This document shows positions 48,215-58,704 of a stretch of DNA of 64,000 nt, one piece after another; the stretch's first letter is position 1; each line of letters opens with the position of its first letter. Source of the DNA: Atribacterota bacterium (GTDB lineage Bacteria; Atribacterota; Phoenicimicrobiia; Phoenicimicrobiales; Stramentimicrobiaceae); contig JAXGNR010000010.1 of the NCBI GenBank assembly GCA_040767965.1, forward strand, positions 1 through 64,000. The letters are read 5' to 3'. Position numbers and translations under genes: made by a program. The notes under the pieces were generated by a model that saw only the letters and a program-made list of their open reading frames with translations, had not been told where the DNA came from and searched no databases.

Positions 48215-48856
48215 TTGATAAACTTTTTCCGATTTTATTTCAATAATATAAATGATATTTTCAATGCCATGCAAACCCACTTATTTATTTTTATAATAGC
48301 CTTAACCGGAGCAATATTTTTTGGTATAGCACTTAGTATAATTATAACTTCAGAGGGTAGAGAAAAAATTGGCAGAGTTATTCTCTCTGTAATGGGAGCA
48401 GCCCAGTCAATCCCCTCAATTGTTATCATTTCAGTAGTGTTTATTTTTGTAGGGATAGGTATCAAGCCAACGATTATTGCCCTGGTTTTCTATAGTCTGG
48501 TTCCAATTATTTTTAATTCTACTTCTGGTTTATTAAGCGTTCCTCATGATGTAATAGATGCCGGGAAGGGAATTGGCTATACAAATAGTCAGATTTTATG
48601 GAAAATTAAAATGCCAATGGCCTTACCAGTCATTATGGGAGGCATAAGAAGTTCAGCAACAATTATAATTGGTTCTGCCACTGCAGCTGCGGTTATAGGA
48701 GGAGGAGGATTGGGAGACTTTATTTTTATTGGCTTGAGAGTTCATAGAATTGAAATGCTGTTAGCCGGGGCTGTAACCGTTGCAATCCTTGCCTTAATTA
48801 TAGACACAATTATCAGCAGAATCGAAGCCAGAATTGTTCCAAAAGGATTACAATAA
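48215..48856 (+). CDS. Osmoprotectant ABC transporter permease
   Basis: QSIPS, DAGKGIG and GGGGLG. Confidence 0.9.
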   Translation: MINFFRFYFNNINDIFNAMQTHLFIFIIALTGAIFFGIALSIIITSEGREKIGRVILSVMGAAQSIPSIVIISVVFIFVGIGIKPTIIALVFYSLVPIIFNSTSGLLSVPHDVIDAGKGIGYTNSQILWKIKMPMALPVIMGGIRSSATIIIGSATAAAVIGGGGLGDFIFIGLRVHRIEMLLAGAVTVAILALIIDTIISRIEARIVPKGLQ

Positions 48857-48874
48857 AAAGAAGGAGGAAATTTT

Positions 48875-49783
48875 ATGAAAAAAATAATAAAAATTATTAC
48901 TTTAACGTTTTTGCTAATTATGATAGTTAATTCTTTTGTTTTTGCTCAAACTGACAAAAGAATCACAGTAGGTTCAAAAGATTTTACTGAAAGTTATGTA
49001 TTAGGTGATATTATTTCTCAATTGTTAAAGCATCATGGTTTCCGTGTTGAAGAAAAGTTCGGTATGGCAGCAGCAATTGCCCGATCTGCAATTTTGAACA
49101 GGCAGATTGATATTTTACCTGATTATACTGGTACAGCATTGGGAACATACTTTGAATCAGACGAAAATATTAACGATCCTGTTGAACTATATGAGACTGT
49201 AAAAAAGTTGGATTTAGAAAAAAACAATTTAGTGTGGATGGGAAGAACTAGTTTTAATAATACCTATGCTCTAGCAATCAAAAAAGACATGATTGATGAG
49301 ATTGGCACCACTATTTCCGACTTAGCAGAATATGTAAATAAAAAAAATGGACAGGTTACCTTTGCAGTTAATCATACTTTTTACCAGAGGGAATCGGACG
49401 GGATATTCCCAATGGCAGTAGAATATAATATGAACATAGTCAGAGAAAATGTTAAACCAATGGATACAGGTTTAACCTATACAGCAATCGATCGTGGTCA
49501 GGTTGATGTAGCCATGGTATTTGGGACTGATGCTAAATTAAGAAGTTTTGATTTATTTGTATTAGAGGATGATAAGCACTTTTTTCCGATTTATAATGTA
49601 TCTTTAGTTGTTCGGAAAGAAGTGTTTGACCGCTTTCCTGAAATTGAAGAGATTTTAAAACCGATTACCGAAATAATTGATACTGAAATGATGATAAATT
49701 TAAATTATGAGGTTGATGCAAATGGATTACCAACCAAAATGGTTGCAGATCAGTTCTTAAAACAGCATGGGTTAATTGACTAA
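48875..49783 (+). CDS. Glycine betaine/choline-type ABC substrate-binding protein
   Basis: VGSKDFTE, PDYTGT, NNTYAL and LEDDKHFFP.Y. Confidence 0.92.
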   Translation: MKKIIKIITLTFLLIMIVNSFVFAQTDKRITVGSKDFTESYVLGDIISQLLKHHGFRVEEKFGMAAAIARSAILNRQIDILPDYTGTALGTYFESDENINDPVELYETVKKLDLEKNNLVWMGRTSFNNTYALAIKKDMIDEIGTTISDLAEYVNKKNGQVTFAVNHTFYQRESDGIFPMAVEYNMNIVRENVKPMDTGLTYTAIDRGQVDVAMVFGTDAKLRSFDLFVLEDDKHFFPIYNVSLVVRKEVFDRFPEIEEILKPITEIIDTEMMINLNYEVDANGLPTKMVADQFLKQHGLID

Positions 49784-49803
49784 ATTTAAGATATTAAGAT
49801 ATT

Positions 49804-49842
49804 AAAAAAATAAGCCTGCATTTATTGCAGGCTTATTTTTTT
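49804..49842. terminator. Bidirectional intrinsic terminator
   Basis: A7-TAAGCCTGCA-N5-TGCAGGCTTA-T7 between convergent genes. Confidence 0.88.
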
Positions 49843-49882
49843 AAAAGAGGATTGAATCTAAAGAATGCAAAATATCTTTCTA

Positions 49883-51529
49883 TTAAGATAAAGAAACAAT
49901 CAGCCAGACAATAACTCCAGCGATCAGACCATAAGCAATAGAAATAAATACGTTACTTTTAATAACCTTTCCTTCTTTTCCTATCAGGCCAACTGTGCTT
50001 AAGACTGCTACAATATTGTGGATACATATCATATTTCCTGCTGCTCCTCCTAAAGCCTGTAAGGACAACACTGGAATAACCTTCAAGCCAGAGTTTACAG
50101 CAGTGCTGTATTGAAATGCTCCAAACATAATATTTGATGTTGTGTTACTGCCTGAAATAAAGGCACCTAAAACTCCAACCAGGGCTGCGGGTATATACCA
50201 AATTGAGCCCAAATATCTGGAAACAGTCTTAGCCATTACAATCATCATTGAGTCTATATTGGCAGCTTCTCCGGAATTAATCATGATATAGGTGATTCCC
50301 AAAGCAAAAAACAGGGCAATGGCAGGTGGTCGAATTAATTTAAAAGCATTTTGCCATGACTGATTAATTTTTCTCTTATCAAGATTATGCAATAGAGGAA
50401 TCAGGAAAGCTATAAATATGAAAGGGAAAATGCCTGGATTGTAGAAAGGAGTTATGCCTCTGGTGATATTAGTACCAAATATTTGATTCCAGGTGATGTT
50501 AAACGATTTCAGGATGGGGGTTAGTCCAAAATACTGTATACGTCCAGCAAACAGAATGATGGCTATTAGAATATAAGGAAGCCAGGACTTAAAAGCTCCT
50601 ATTTTTTGGACTTTTTGGTCTTCTTTAAGTTCTATCTTCACATCTCCTACCCATTCAGGGTTCCATTCTTCCTGTTTAGGGAAATCCCATACATCTTTTG
50701 GAACCAGAAAATTTTTCGAAACTGCAAAAATAAAAATAGGTATTGCAATCAAGGCTCCCAACAGAGAAGGAAGCTCCGGTCCTACAAAATTAGCAATGAT
50801 AGCATAAGGAATTGTGAATAAAAAACCACTAAACAATGCCAAAGGCCAGATTGCTAAACCTTTTTTAAAAGAACCGTCTGCTATTTTGGTCATTACTGCA
50901 ACAATTACTACAGGTATAAAAGATCCAACCAGAAGGTGAATAATGGAAGTGAATCCCCCGATATTCAAAATAAACTGATTAAAAGTTATTCCTTCTAAGT
51001 TGGCCACTCCTTCAAGATTGGCAAATCCACCCCAGATAGGAGTTCCAACAGCTCCGAAAGAAACAGAAGTGCTGTTTGCTATAAGGGCACAAACAACTGC
51101 TATCAAAGGAGGGAATCCCAATCCAACTAATAAAGGTGCAGCCACTGCTGCCGGAGTACCAAAACCGGCAGCTCCTTCAAAGAAAGAGCCCATTAACCAG
51201 GCAATAAGGATCACTTGAATTCTCCTGTCTTTGGATATTGCAGACATGGAAAAGGATATACCTTCAATTCCGCCACTGTTTTTCATTAATTGCAGTATTA
51301 GTATAGCCCCAAATACTATTAATAGGATATCCAAAGCATTTATAGCTCCTCCAATTATTGATGCCAGAATCCATTTTGATGGCATTTTCCAGATAAAAAC
51401 AGCAATCAGAATGGCAATGATCCAGCCAAGAGGCATTGCTTTAGTTGCCGGCCAGCCATAGATAACCATCAGGATAAAAACCAGTACTATTGGTATGACT
51501 GCAAATAGTGCCAATAAATTCAAATTCAT
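49883..51529 (-). CDS. lctP: L-lactate permease
   Basis: FFEGAAGFGTP, FGAVGTP, GSNT.SN and GNMIC.HN. Confidence 0.92.
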   Translation of the reverse strand: MNLNLLALFAVIPIVLVFILMVIYGWPATKAMPLGWIIAILIAVFIWKMPSKWILASIIGGAINALDILLIVFGAILILQLMKNSGGIEGISFSMSAISKDRRIQVILIAWLMGSFFEGAAGFGTPAAVAAPLLVGLGFPPLIAVVCALIANSTSVSFGAVGTPIWGGFANLEGVANLEGITFNQFILNIGGFTSIIHLLVGSFIPVVIVAVMTKIADGSFKKGLAIWPLALFSGFLFTIPYAIIANFVGPELPSLLGALIAIPIFIFAVSKNFLVPKDVWDFPKQEEWNPEWVGDVKIELKEDQKVQKIGAFKSWLPYILIAIILFAGRIQYFGLTPILKSFNITWNQIFGTNITRGITPFYNPGIFPFIFIAFLIPLLHNLDKRKINQSWQNAFKLIRPPAIALFFALGITYIMINSGEAANIDSMMIVMAKTVSRYLGSIWYIPAALVGVLGAFISGSNTTSNIMFGAFQYSTAVNSGLKVIPVLSLQALGGAAGNMICIHNIVAVLSTVGLIGKEGKVIKSNVFISIAYGLIAGVIVWLIVSLS

Positions 51530-51852
51530 AGAATCCCCCTTCTTTTATTAATTTACAGATTATTCTTTTCTATTTTTTCTATTATCAGGAAAAATGTAAG
51601 CTGCTAACTTAAGCTTAAATATATTATGCAGAAAAAGATAGTTTTAATAAAAAAACTTAATTAAATATTAAGTCAAGGTAATCAATTTTGCAAGAAATAT
51701 CTGGATATAAAGCAGATAGAATATTTATTTTGATTTGAAAGATGTATGGTATATTTAAGTAAAAATGGAAATAATATGAGAAAGTTGTTAATATATTTAA
51801 TGTATTATGAGAAAGTTAAACTATTTTTAATCTAAAAAGGAGGGACTATCAT

Positions 51853-52215
51853 ATGAAATTTTGTTGGGTGACCATCAATGTAAAAGATATGGAAGAGTCT
51901 CTGTTCTTTTATCAGGAAATTATTGGCTTGAAAATTAGCCGAAGATTTAAACCTGATCAGGATAGAGAAATTGTTTTTTTAGGAAACGAAGAGACCAAAG
52001 TAGAGTTGATTTACAATTCTAAAAAACAAAATATAAGCTTTGGAGAGGATATTTCTCTGGGTTTTGAAGTAAATTCAATCGAAGAAATCACTAAAAAACT
52101 GGAAAACAATAATATTAAGATTTATGCCGGACCATTTCAGCCTAATCCTTCTCTCAGGTTTATTTTCGTACTTGATCCAAATGGTCTTAAAATACAATTT
52201 GTTGAAAACAGATAG
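51853..52215 (+). CDS. VOC/glyoxalase family protein
   Basis: TINVKDMEESL.FY and F.F..DPNG..IQ. Confidence 0.88.
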   Translation: MKFCWVTINVKDMEESLFFYQEIIGLKISRRFKPDQDREIVFLGNEETKVELIYNSKKQNISFGEDISLGFEVNSIEEITKKLENNNIKIYAGPFQPNPSLRFIFVLDPNGLKIQFVENR

Positions 52216-52310
52216 CCGGTATAACAACTATTTAATTGAAATATTAAATAAATATAAAAAAGATAAAAATAAGTAAAATATAAGTTTATATAGGGGTAAA
52301 GGAGAACCAA

Positions 52311-52817
52311 ATGGAATTTCTAGAATTAATAAAAAAAAGATACAGTGTTCGTTCTTATAAAAAAGATGATGTGCCTTCTGCTGTGTTAGATAAGGTTTTG
52401 GAAGCAGCTCGTTTAGCTCCAACTGCAGCAAATAGGCAAAGTTTTCAGGTATTTGTTGTGAAAACTGATAAGTTTAAAGAAGAATTAAAAAAAATATATC
52501 CTCAGAGCTGGTTTGTGCAAGCTCCCTATGTGATTGGGATCTGTGGCATTCCTAAAGATTGCTGGATAAGAAGAGATGGGAAAAATTATATTGATGTGGA
52601 TGTAGCAATTGTAATGGATCACATTATTTTAGCTGCAACTGATCTTGGTTTAGGAACATGCTGGATTGGTGCCTTTGATCCTCTTGCAGCTCAAGAATTT
52701 CTAAACCTCTCCAGAGATATGGAGCCAGTTGTCTTCACACCACTTGGTTACCCGGCAGATAACCCAGCTCCCAAAAGAAGAAAACCATTGGAAGAGATAG
52801 TTAGATTTATTAATTGA
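52311..52817 (+). CDS. Nitroreductase family protein
   Basis: RYSVRSY, APTAANRQ and LGLGTCWIG. Confidence 0.92.
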   Translation: MEFLELIKKRYSVRSYKKDDVPSAVLDKVLEAARLAPTAANRQSFQVFVVKTDKFKEELKKIYPQSWFVQAPYVIGICGIPKDCWIRRDGKNYIDVDVAIVMDHIILAATDLGLGTCWIGAFDPLAAQEFLNLSRDMEPVVFTPLGYPADNPAPKRRKPLEEIVRFIN

Positions 52818-52892
52818 GGCACAAATTAAGTTAATATAGAGGTAATTTTTTTCTAATTTCCATCTAATAATTATTTTCACAATATTAATAAG

Positions 52893-52918
52893 AGGGTAAG
52901 CTTTTTAGCTTACCCTTA
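52893..52918 (+). terminator. Intrinsic terminator
   Basis: AGGGTAAGCT-TTTT-AGCTTACCCT. Confidence 0.7.
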
Positions 52919-53044
52919 ATTTTTCAGATAAAATATTAGATTTTCCTTTTTATTGAATTTTTTTAAATAACCCTTGTTCATTTCAATTAGTGGTACTAGA
53001 ATAGAATGTCAGGGACAATTAACATTAGAAAGGGAAGTTGAATC

Positions 53045-54313
53045 ATGATATTGGATAAGAATGACCGTTTGACTATCTTTAATTATGAAGCATATTACGG
53101 TTGGGTAATTGTTATTATCGCTTCTTTATGCATGATGTTTAGTTATGGAGCACGTTATGCATTCAGTGTGTTTTTTAAACCTATGTCAGAGGACTTTGGC
53201 TGGTCCAGAGCAATGACCTCAGGAGTTTTTTCTCTTTATATGGTTACTTATGCCTTAGGCTCAGTTGTAGTGGGGAAGATTGTTGATGAATACGGGCCAA
53301 AGTTTTTAATTATTTTTGGAGCATTATTTTTAGGTGTAGGCATTTACGCCTGTTCAACTGTATCCCGGATATATCAATTATATATTTTTTATGGGATTTT
53401 GGTAGGACTGGGGAGTGCAGCTACCGGTTGGGTGAATGCTACCACTACGATAGCCAGATGGTTTGCAAAAAAAAGAGGTTTAGCCACCGGGATTACCAGC
53501 ACCGGGGTAGGATTAGGTAGCGCATTGTTTATTCCTCTGGCAACCATAATGGTTGCATCTGCTGGCTGGAGAGCCAGTTATCGGCTTTTTGGAATAGGAG
53601 TAATACTAATAATGGTCCCGCTGGGATTTTTTTCTATAAAATCTCCCCAGAATAAACCTGTATTGGCTGCAATGAAACAAGGAGTAAAAGCCAGAAATTT
53701 TTCCATTTTAGATGAGAAAAATTCCATAAATTTAAACCAGGCAGCAAAAACGGTCACTTTTCAGATTATGTTTTTAATTCAACTTCTAATGGCCTTTCAG
53801 CTAAATGTTGTCATGGTTCATTTTATACCCTATGCTACAGATATGGGGATTACGCCATTGGTGGCTTCCAGAGATATTGCCCTTTTAAGTATTGTTAGTG
53901 TTTTTGGCAGAATGTATGGTGGATGGCTTTCTGATAAAATTGGCAGGAAAACCATAGTAACATTTGCTATGTTAACTCAGGCTATTTCCTGTTTTTTTCT
54001 GCTGTTTATAAAAGATTATATTTTCCTATACTTATTTATCTATACTTTTGGAATAAGTTATGGTGGATGGGCTTCTCAATCTGCTCCTTTAGCAGCTGAC
54101 ATTTTCGGGAATAAGCATTTTGGTACAATCTGGGGGATTATTACCCTGGCTATTGGTTTGGGTGGAGCAATAGGTCCACTATTGGCAGGTTGGATTTATG
54201 ATTTTACAGGAAATTACATTGCTATTTTTTCTTTTAATGTTTTTATAAACCTGTTATCTTTCATTTTATCGATAATTTTTATTAAACCTTTATTATTGAA
54301 AGATAATAATTAG
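53045..54313 (+). CDS. MFS transporter (OFA/MCT-like)
   Basis: YYGWVIV, WF.KKRGLA.G and G.LSDKIGR; about 12 transmembrane segments. Confidence 0.9.
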   Translation: MILDKNDRLTIFNYEAYYGWVIVIIASLCMMFSYGARYAFSVFFKPMSEDFGWSRAMTSGVFSLYMVTYALGSVVVGKIVDEYGPKFLIIFGALFLGVGIYACSTVSRIYQLYIFYGILVGLGSAATGWVNATTTIARWFAKKRGLATGITSTGVGLGSALFIPLATIMVASAGWRASYRLFGIGVILIMVPLGFFSIKSPQNKPVLAAMKQGVKARNFSILDEKNSINLNQAAKTVTFQIMFLIQLLMAFQLNVVMVHFIPYATDMGITPLVASRDIALLSIVSVFGRMYGGWLSDKIGRKTIVTFAMLTQAISCFFLLFIKDYIFLYLFIYTFGISYGGWASQSAPLAADIFGNKHFGTIWGIITLAIGLGGAIGPLLAGWIYDFTGNYIAIFSFNVFINLLSFILSIIFIKPLLLKDNN

Positions 54314-54351
54314 ACAGATATTTTAAAAAAACGGTTATTGCAAATCAAAAA

Positions 54352-54404
54352 ACTGGCGGGTAAGTAAGTAATATTTAATAATTTCTTTGCCTGTCAGTCT
54401 TTTT
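54352..54404 (+). terminator. G-U-rich hairpin between convergent genes
   Basis: ACTGGCGGGTAA...TTGCCTGTCAGT followed by a T-tract. Confidence 0.5.
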
Positions 54405-55800
54405 AATCCTCTAACATTTCAAATAAATTATTTAATGCTTCAGATATGCTGGGATGTGCAAAAATAGCATCTCTGAGTTCTGTATATGGTAATTTGCCCA
54501 TCATGGCAACCTGTAAAATTGCCATAATCTCTCCACCTTCAATACCTAAAATAGCAGCACCCAGGATTTGCTTGCTGGATGAATCAACAAGAACTTTCAT
54601 TAAACCTGCAGTTTCTCCTGTCTCGATAGCTCTGGCAACCCAGCTCATGGGCATTTTAGCTACCTGGTAATCATATCCCAGATCCTTTGCCTTTTTTTCA
54701 GTTAAACCAATCCGGCCAAGCTGAGGATCAATAAATACTACATAAGGCAATAATCTGCCAGTGGTGTGGGTATTTTTTTTATGCAAGATGTTATTTGTGA
54801 TTATTCTGAAATCGTCATAAGAAATATGAGTAAATTTCGGCCCTCCGTTAACATCACCAATAGCGAAGATGCCTGGAACTATAGTTTCCAAAGAGATATT
54901 TACTGGAATAGATCCATCCTTGGCTGTTTTTATGCCAGTTGCGTTAAGGTCCAGGGCGGATGTATTGGGTATTCTGCCGGTTGCCACCAGAAGGTGTGTT
55001 CCTTCAACTATCTTCTCTTTCTTTTTTTCCTTCAATATTAGTGAAATTTTCTTTTTTTCAGATGAATTAACTTTAATAACTTCTGTTTCCAGATGGATTG
55101 ATAAACCTTCTTTTTGGAGTATTGAAGAAATCTCCTGAGATATATCTTTGTCTTCATTAGGAAGAAGTTGACTATTCCTTTGGATAATAGTAACTTTACT
55201 GCCAAAACGATTGAACATTTGTCCGAACTCCAAACCAACATATCCACCACCAATTATTAAAAGATGCTCTGGTATGCTGGTAAGTTCCATTATTGCTGTA
55301 GAATCCAGATATTTAACATTAGCAAGGCCATCGATTTCAGGTATTGCAGGGCTGGTTCCGGTATTGATAATAATTTTTTCTGCTTTCAAGTATTTCTTTT
55401 CCTGATTTTGTAAAGAGACTACAATTTCTTTTTTCCCGATAAAAGATGCCTCTCCTTCTATAAAAGATAGCCCGGAGGTTGATAATAACTGGTTTTTACT
55501 GCCATCACGGAAGCTATCTACTATTTCTTGTTTGCGCTGCACTATTTTAGATAAATCAATTGACTTCAGAGTGAGGTTGATTCCATAGTTTTCTGCCTGT
55601 TTTATTAGATAAGCAATTCTTGCAGAAGCAATCATGGTTTTGGTGGGGGTACACCCATAATTAATACAGGTACCACCGACATGATTTCGCTCTACTAAAG
55701 CAACTTGCCAACCTGCTTTAGCTAGAGTAGTAGCCAGTGGAGTTCCGCCTTGTCCGGCACCTATAATGATAGCATCAAAGTTTTTAAAATCTTTTACCAT
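54403..55800 (-). CDS. Pyridine nucleotide-disulfide oxidoreductase (RclA/YkgC or mercuric-reductase-like)
   Basis: GAGQGG, GGTCINYGC.P.K, GGGYVG.E and HPS.SE; no C-terminal Cys-Cys of true MerA. Confidence 0.88.
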   Translation of the reverse strand: MVKDFKNFDAIIIGAGQGGTPLATTLAKAGWQVALVERNHVGGTCINYGCTPTKTMIASARIAYLIKQAENYGINLTLKSIDLSKIVQRKQEIVDSFRDGSKNQLLSTSGLSFIEGEASFIGKKEIVVSLQNQEKKYLKAEKIIINTGTSPAIPEIDGLANVKYLDSTAIMELTSIPEHLLIIGGGYVGLEFGQMFNRFGSKVTIIQRNSQLLPNEDKDISQEISSILQKEGLSIHLETEVIKVNSSEKKKISLILKEKKKEKIVEGTHLLVATGRIPNTSALDLNATGIKTAKDGSIPVNISLETIVPGIFAIGDVNGGPKFTHISYDDFRIITNNILHKKNTHTTGRLLPYVVFIDPQLGRIGLTEKKAKDLGYDYQVAKMPMSWVARAIETGETAGLMKVLVDSSSKQILGAAILGIEGGEIMAILQVAMMGKLPYTELRDAIFAHPSISEALNNLFEMLED

Positions 55801-55977
55801 TTGTTTAACCTCCTTCTGGGAGATGGTTTTTTGGAAGGAATACTTTTTCTTTATCTTTAATATTTGAGAGAATTATTAACTGCATAATATCATGCAATAA
55901 TAAAAATGGTCAAATATCATAGTTGAATTTACAGGATGATTTGTTGACAGATTTATTAAAAAACACGAAAAGTGAAT

Positions 55978-56955
55978 TTACCCTACAATTCCAAAAGTGA
56001 ACAGGATATAAAAAGAATAGGCAAATAATAAAATAAAACCATACCGCCTCTTAAAATATTTATGACTGAAAAAGGAAAAACTTATTGTTGCAAATACAAT
56101 CATTAAACCAAAGGGCAAATGTATATTTAATACTTTCGAATCAATAGAAATAGGGAAAACGGTTGCTGAAGCTGCTATAACCAGTATTATATTTAAAATA
56201 TTTGCCCCTAAAATATTGCCCATGGAAATATCCTGGGCTTTTTTGCGCAAAGCGGTTATTGCTGTCATTAATTCTGGTAGAGAAGTTCCCAAAGCAGTCA
56301 TTGTTAAACCTATTACTATATCCGGAACTCCTATAAGTAAAGCTATTTTCTCACCATTTGCTACAAGCAGACGAGAACCGGTTATGGTTAAGGAAAGGCC
56401 AATTACAAATGAAGTGATAATAAACAAAATTGTTTTATAATCTTTTTTACAAAATTGAGATTCTATATTTTGACTTGTTTTGGCATTAAAAAGAAGACTT
56501 TCTCTAATATTTTGTATTATATACAGAATCAGAATCCCAAATAAGAAAAAGCTGGTAGATTTAGATATTTCTCCATACTTCAAGCCTAGAAGAAAAACCA
56601 ATACTAAAAGAGAAGTCAATAAAATTCCCTTTTGCTGAAATGATTTTTTTTCTTTAAACTCAGGCCTGGAGATAATTATAACCATAGCTAGAATTAAACC
56701 GGTATTACAGATAATTGAACCCAGAGCATTGCCTAAGGCAATATTTGAATTTTGTTGAGCAGATGCGCTTACAGATACCATTAACTCTGGAAGGGTAGTA
56801 CCAACACTGACCAGGGTAGCGCCAATAATCAAATCAGGGATTCTGGTTACTCTGGCAATCCAGATCACAGAATCTATAAACAGATCACTCCCTTTAATAA
56901 TCATTATCAAACCAATTAGAAAGAATGAAAATGGCATTATATTTGTTAATGTCAT
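55978..56955 (-). CDS. CaCA-family cation antiporter (YrbG-like)
   Basis: Two alpha repeats, GTTLPE and GTSLPE, each followed by GN..G. Confidence 0.92.
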   Translation of the reverse strand: MTLTNIMPFSFFLIGLIMIIKGSDLFIDSVIWIARVTRIPDLIIGATLVSVGTTLPELMVSVSASAQQNSNIALGNALGSIICNTGLILAMVIIISRPEFKEKKSFQQKGILLTSLLVLVFLLGLKYGEISKSTSFFLFGILILYIIQNIRESLLFNAKTSQNIESQFCKKDYKTILFIITSFVIGLSLTITGSRLLVANGEKIALLIGVPDIVIGLTMTALGTSLPELMTAITALRKKAQDISMGNILGANILNIILVIAASATVFPISIDSKVLNIHLPFGLMIVFATISFSFFSHKYFKRRYGFILLFAYSFYILFTFGIVG

Positions 56956-56985
56956 AAAAACCCTACCTATAATATAATATTAAAT

Positions 56986-57031
56986 AAAAAAGACTTTTAT
57001 CTATAGAATTAATGACTATAGATAAAAGTCT
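56986..57031 (-). terminator. Riboswitch expression-platform terminator
   Basis: Minus strand AGACTTTTATCTATAG...CTATAGATAAAAGTCT plus a T-tract, overlapping the aptamer 3' strand. Confidence 0.85.
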
Positions 57032-57136
57032 CGCTATCATAATTATATGAAAATCTGACCGGGCTTTAAAATCTTAGCCGTGTTGACGATCAGATTAATG
57101 GCTTATAAAGTTAAGTCACCAGCTACTCCCTTTTAT
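57022..57136 (-). ncRNA. yybP-ykoY (Mn2+) riboswitch
   Basis: Minus strand AAAAGGGAGTAGC...ATCTGATCGTCAACACGGC...GCCCGGTCAGAT...GCGAGACTTTTAT; TTGCCT-17-TATAAT promoter at 57175-57147. Confidence 0.9.
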
Positions 57137-57372
57137 ACTGAATCGTATTATATTATGAAACGTAGAAAAAGGCAATACCAGTATGATGATTGTTGTGATT
57201 AATTTGTGATAATGTCACCTTATTAATTATCTTGATAAAATGTGTCTACTTGCTAATATGCTGATAAGCTTTATAAATGGTATAATAAAAATAGAAATTC
57301 ATAAATAAAACACGAGAAAAAATGCTAATGTTTTGTTAATGGTTATTTATAGATAGAAAAGGAGTTACTATT

Positions 57373-58494
57373 ATGAAAACTAATTTACATGAGTTATTTA
57401 GCTTTGGTCAAAGCCCGTGGTTGGATTATATCAGCAGAAAAATTATTGATAATGGACATTTACAAAAGATGATAGACAAAGGGATTGTGGGAGTAACTTC
57501 TAATCCCACCATTTTTGAAAAGGCAGTATCTGCAGGTAATGACTATGAGTCTATGCTTGAGAATCTTACTCAAAAAGGAAAAAGTAAGGAAGAAATTTAT
57601 GATAATATAACTATAAGAGATGTTCAGGATGCCTGTGATTTGTTTATGCCAGTGTACCGGAAAACCAACTGCAAAGACGGATATGTAAGTTTAGAAATTA
57701 ATCCACAGCTGGCTTATGACACAAATAGGTCAGTTGAAGAGGCTGAAAGGCTGGTCCAGATAGTCGACAGACCTAATTTAATGATTAAGGTTCCTGCTAC
57801 AGAAGAAGGCTATCCGGTAATTGAAACCTTGCTTAGCCAGGGGATAAATGTTAATGTTACTCTTATTTTTTCTCTTGATCAGTACAGGAAAAGTGCTGAT
57901 GCTTATCTTTCAGGGATAGAAAAGGCTTTTTTAAAAAGAAAAGACTTAAGTAAAATAAATTCAGTAGCAAGCGTTTTTGTTAGCCGTGTTGATAGCTTGA
58001 TAGATTCATTATTAGAAAAAGAGATCAATAAATCAGATAATGAAAGAGAAAAGAGCGAGCTAAAAAGCTTAATGGGTAAATCTGCTATTGCAAATAGTCA
58101 GCTAATTTATAAAGAGAATAAAAAAATATTTTCTTTACCTCGCTTTCAGGAGATGACAAAAAATAATGCCAATAAACAGCGTGTATTATGGGCTTCCACC
58201 AGCACTAAAAATCCTAATTATTCTGATGTGAAATACGTTAAAGAGCTTATCGCTCCGGAAACTGTAAATACAATGACTGAAGATACTATCGAAGCATTTA
58301 TTGATCATGGAAAAGTAGAAATTGCTATAACAGACAATGTTGTTGCAGCTGAACAGGTAATCTCCAATTTAAAAGAGAGAAAAATTTTTATTGATGAAAT
58401 CTGTCAACATCTATTGGAAGATGGAGTTAAGAAATTTATTGATTCATTTCAATCTTTACTGGAAGCTATTGAGAAAAAAAAGGAATCATTTTAA
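57373..58494 (+). CDS. tal: Transaldolase (long form)
   Basis: WLD, GVTSNPTIF, VSLE, NLMIKVPAT, VNVTLIFS and WASTSTK. Confidence 0.93.
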   Translation: MKTNLHELFSFGQSPWLDYISRKIIDNGHLQKMIDKGIVGVTSNPTIFEKAVSAGNDYESMLENLTQKGKSKEEIYDNITIRDVQDACDLFMPVYRKTNCKDGYVSLEINPQLAYDTNRSVEEAERLVQIVDRPNLMIKVPATEEGYPVIETLLSQGINVNVTLIFSLDQYRKSADAYLSGIEKAFLKRKDLSKINSVASVFVSRVDSLIDSLLEKEINKSDNEREKSELKSLMGKSAIANSQLIYKENKKIFSLPRFQEMTKNNANKQRVLWASTSTKNPNYSDVKYVKELIAPETVNTMTEDTIEAFIDHGKVEIAITDNVVAAEQVISNLKERKIFIDEICQHLLEDGVKKFIDSFQSLLEAIEKKKESF

Positions 58495-58704
58495 TAAACT
58501 ACTATTGATATAGCTTTTGTTTTTTCTAAGGTTATTTGTAATACATAAACCAGGAGTAACATGAAAAGTATGTTTGAAAAAATTATTGAATGAAAAATTA
58601 AAAAATTTGTCAAATTACTTTTGTTCAATATAGAAATTATTTAAAAGATGTTATAATATTTTTTTACCTATTAAAATAGAAAAAATTCTAGGAGGTTTTG
58701 CAAT

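Noticed and set aside
54403-55800. This oxidoreductase as MerA or as the missing E3 of the catabolic island
   Set aside because: It lacks the MerA C-terminal Cys pair and mer context. Its motifs fit the RclA/YkgC-like group, it lies about 36 kb from the island and I saw no DeoR motif upstream. An E3 role is not excluded but is unsupported.
57191-57220. TTGTGATAATGTCAC as a Rex or CRP box upstream of tal
   Set aside because: Spacing and right half-site do not fit TTGTGAA-N4-TTCACAA or TGTGA-N6-TCACA.
58552-58593. RBS plus the 10-codon ORF MKSMFEKIIE
   Set aside because: Too short, with no supporting promoter or terminator; probably a stump or chance.
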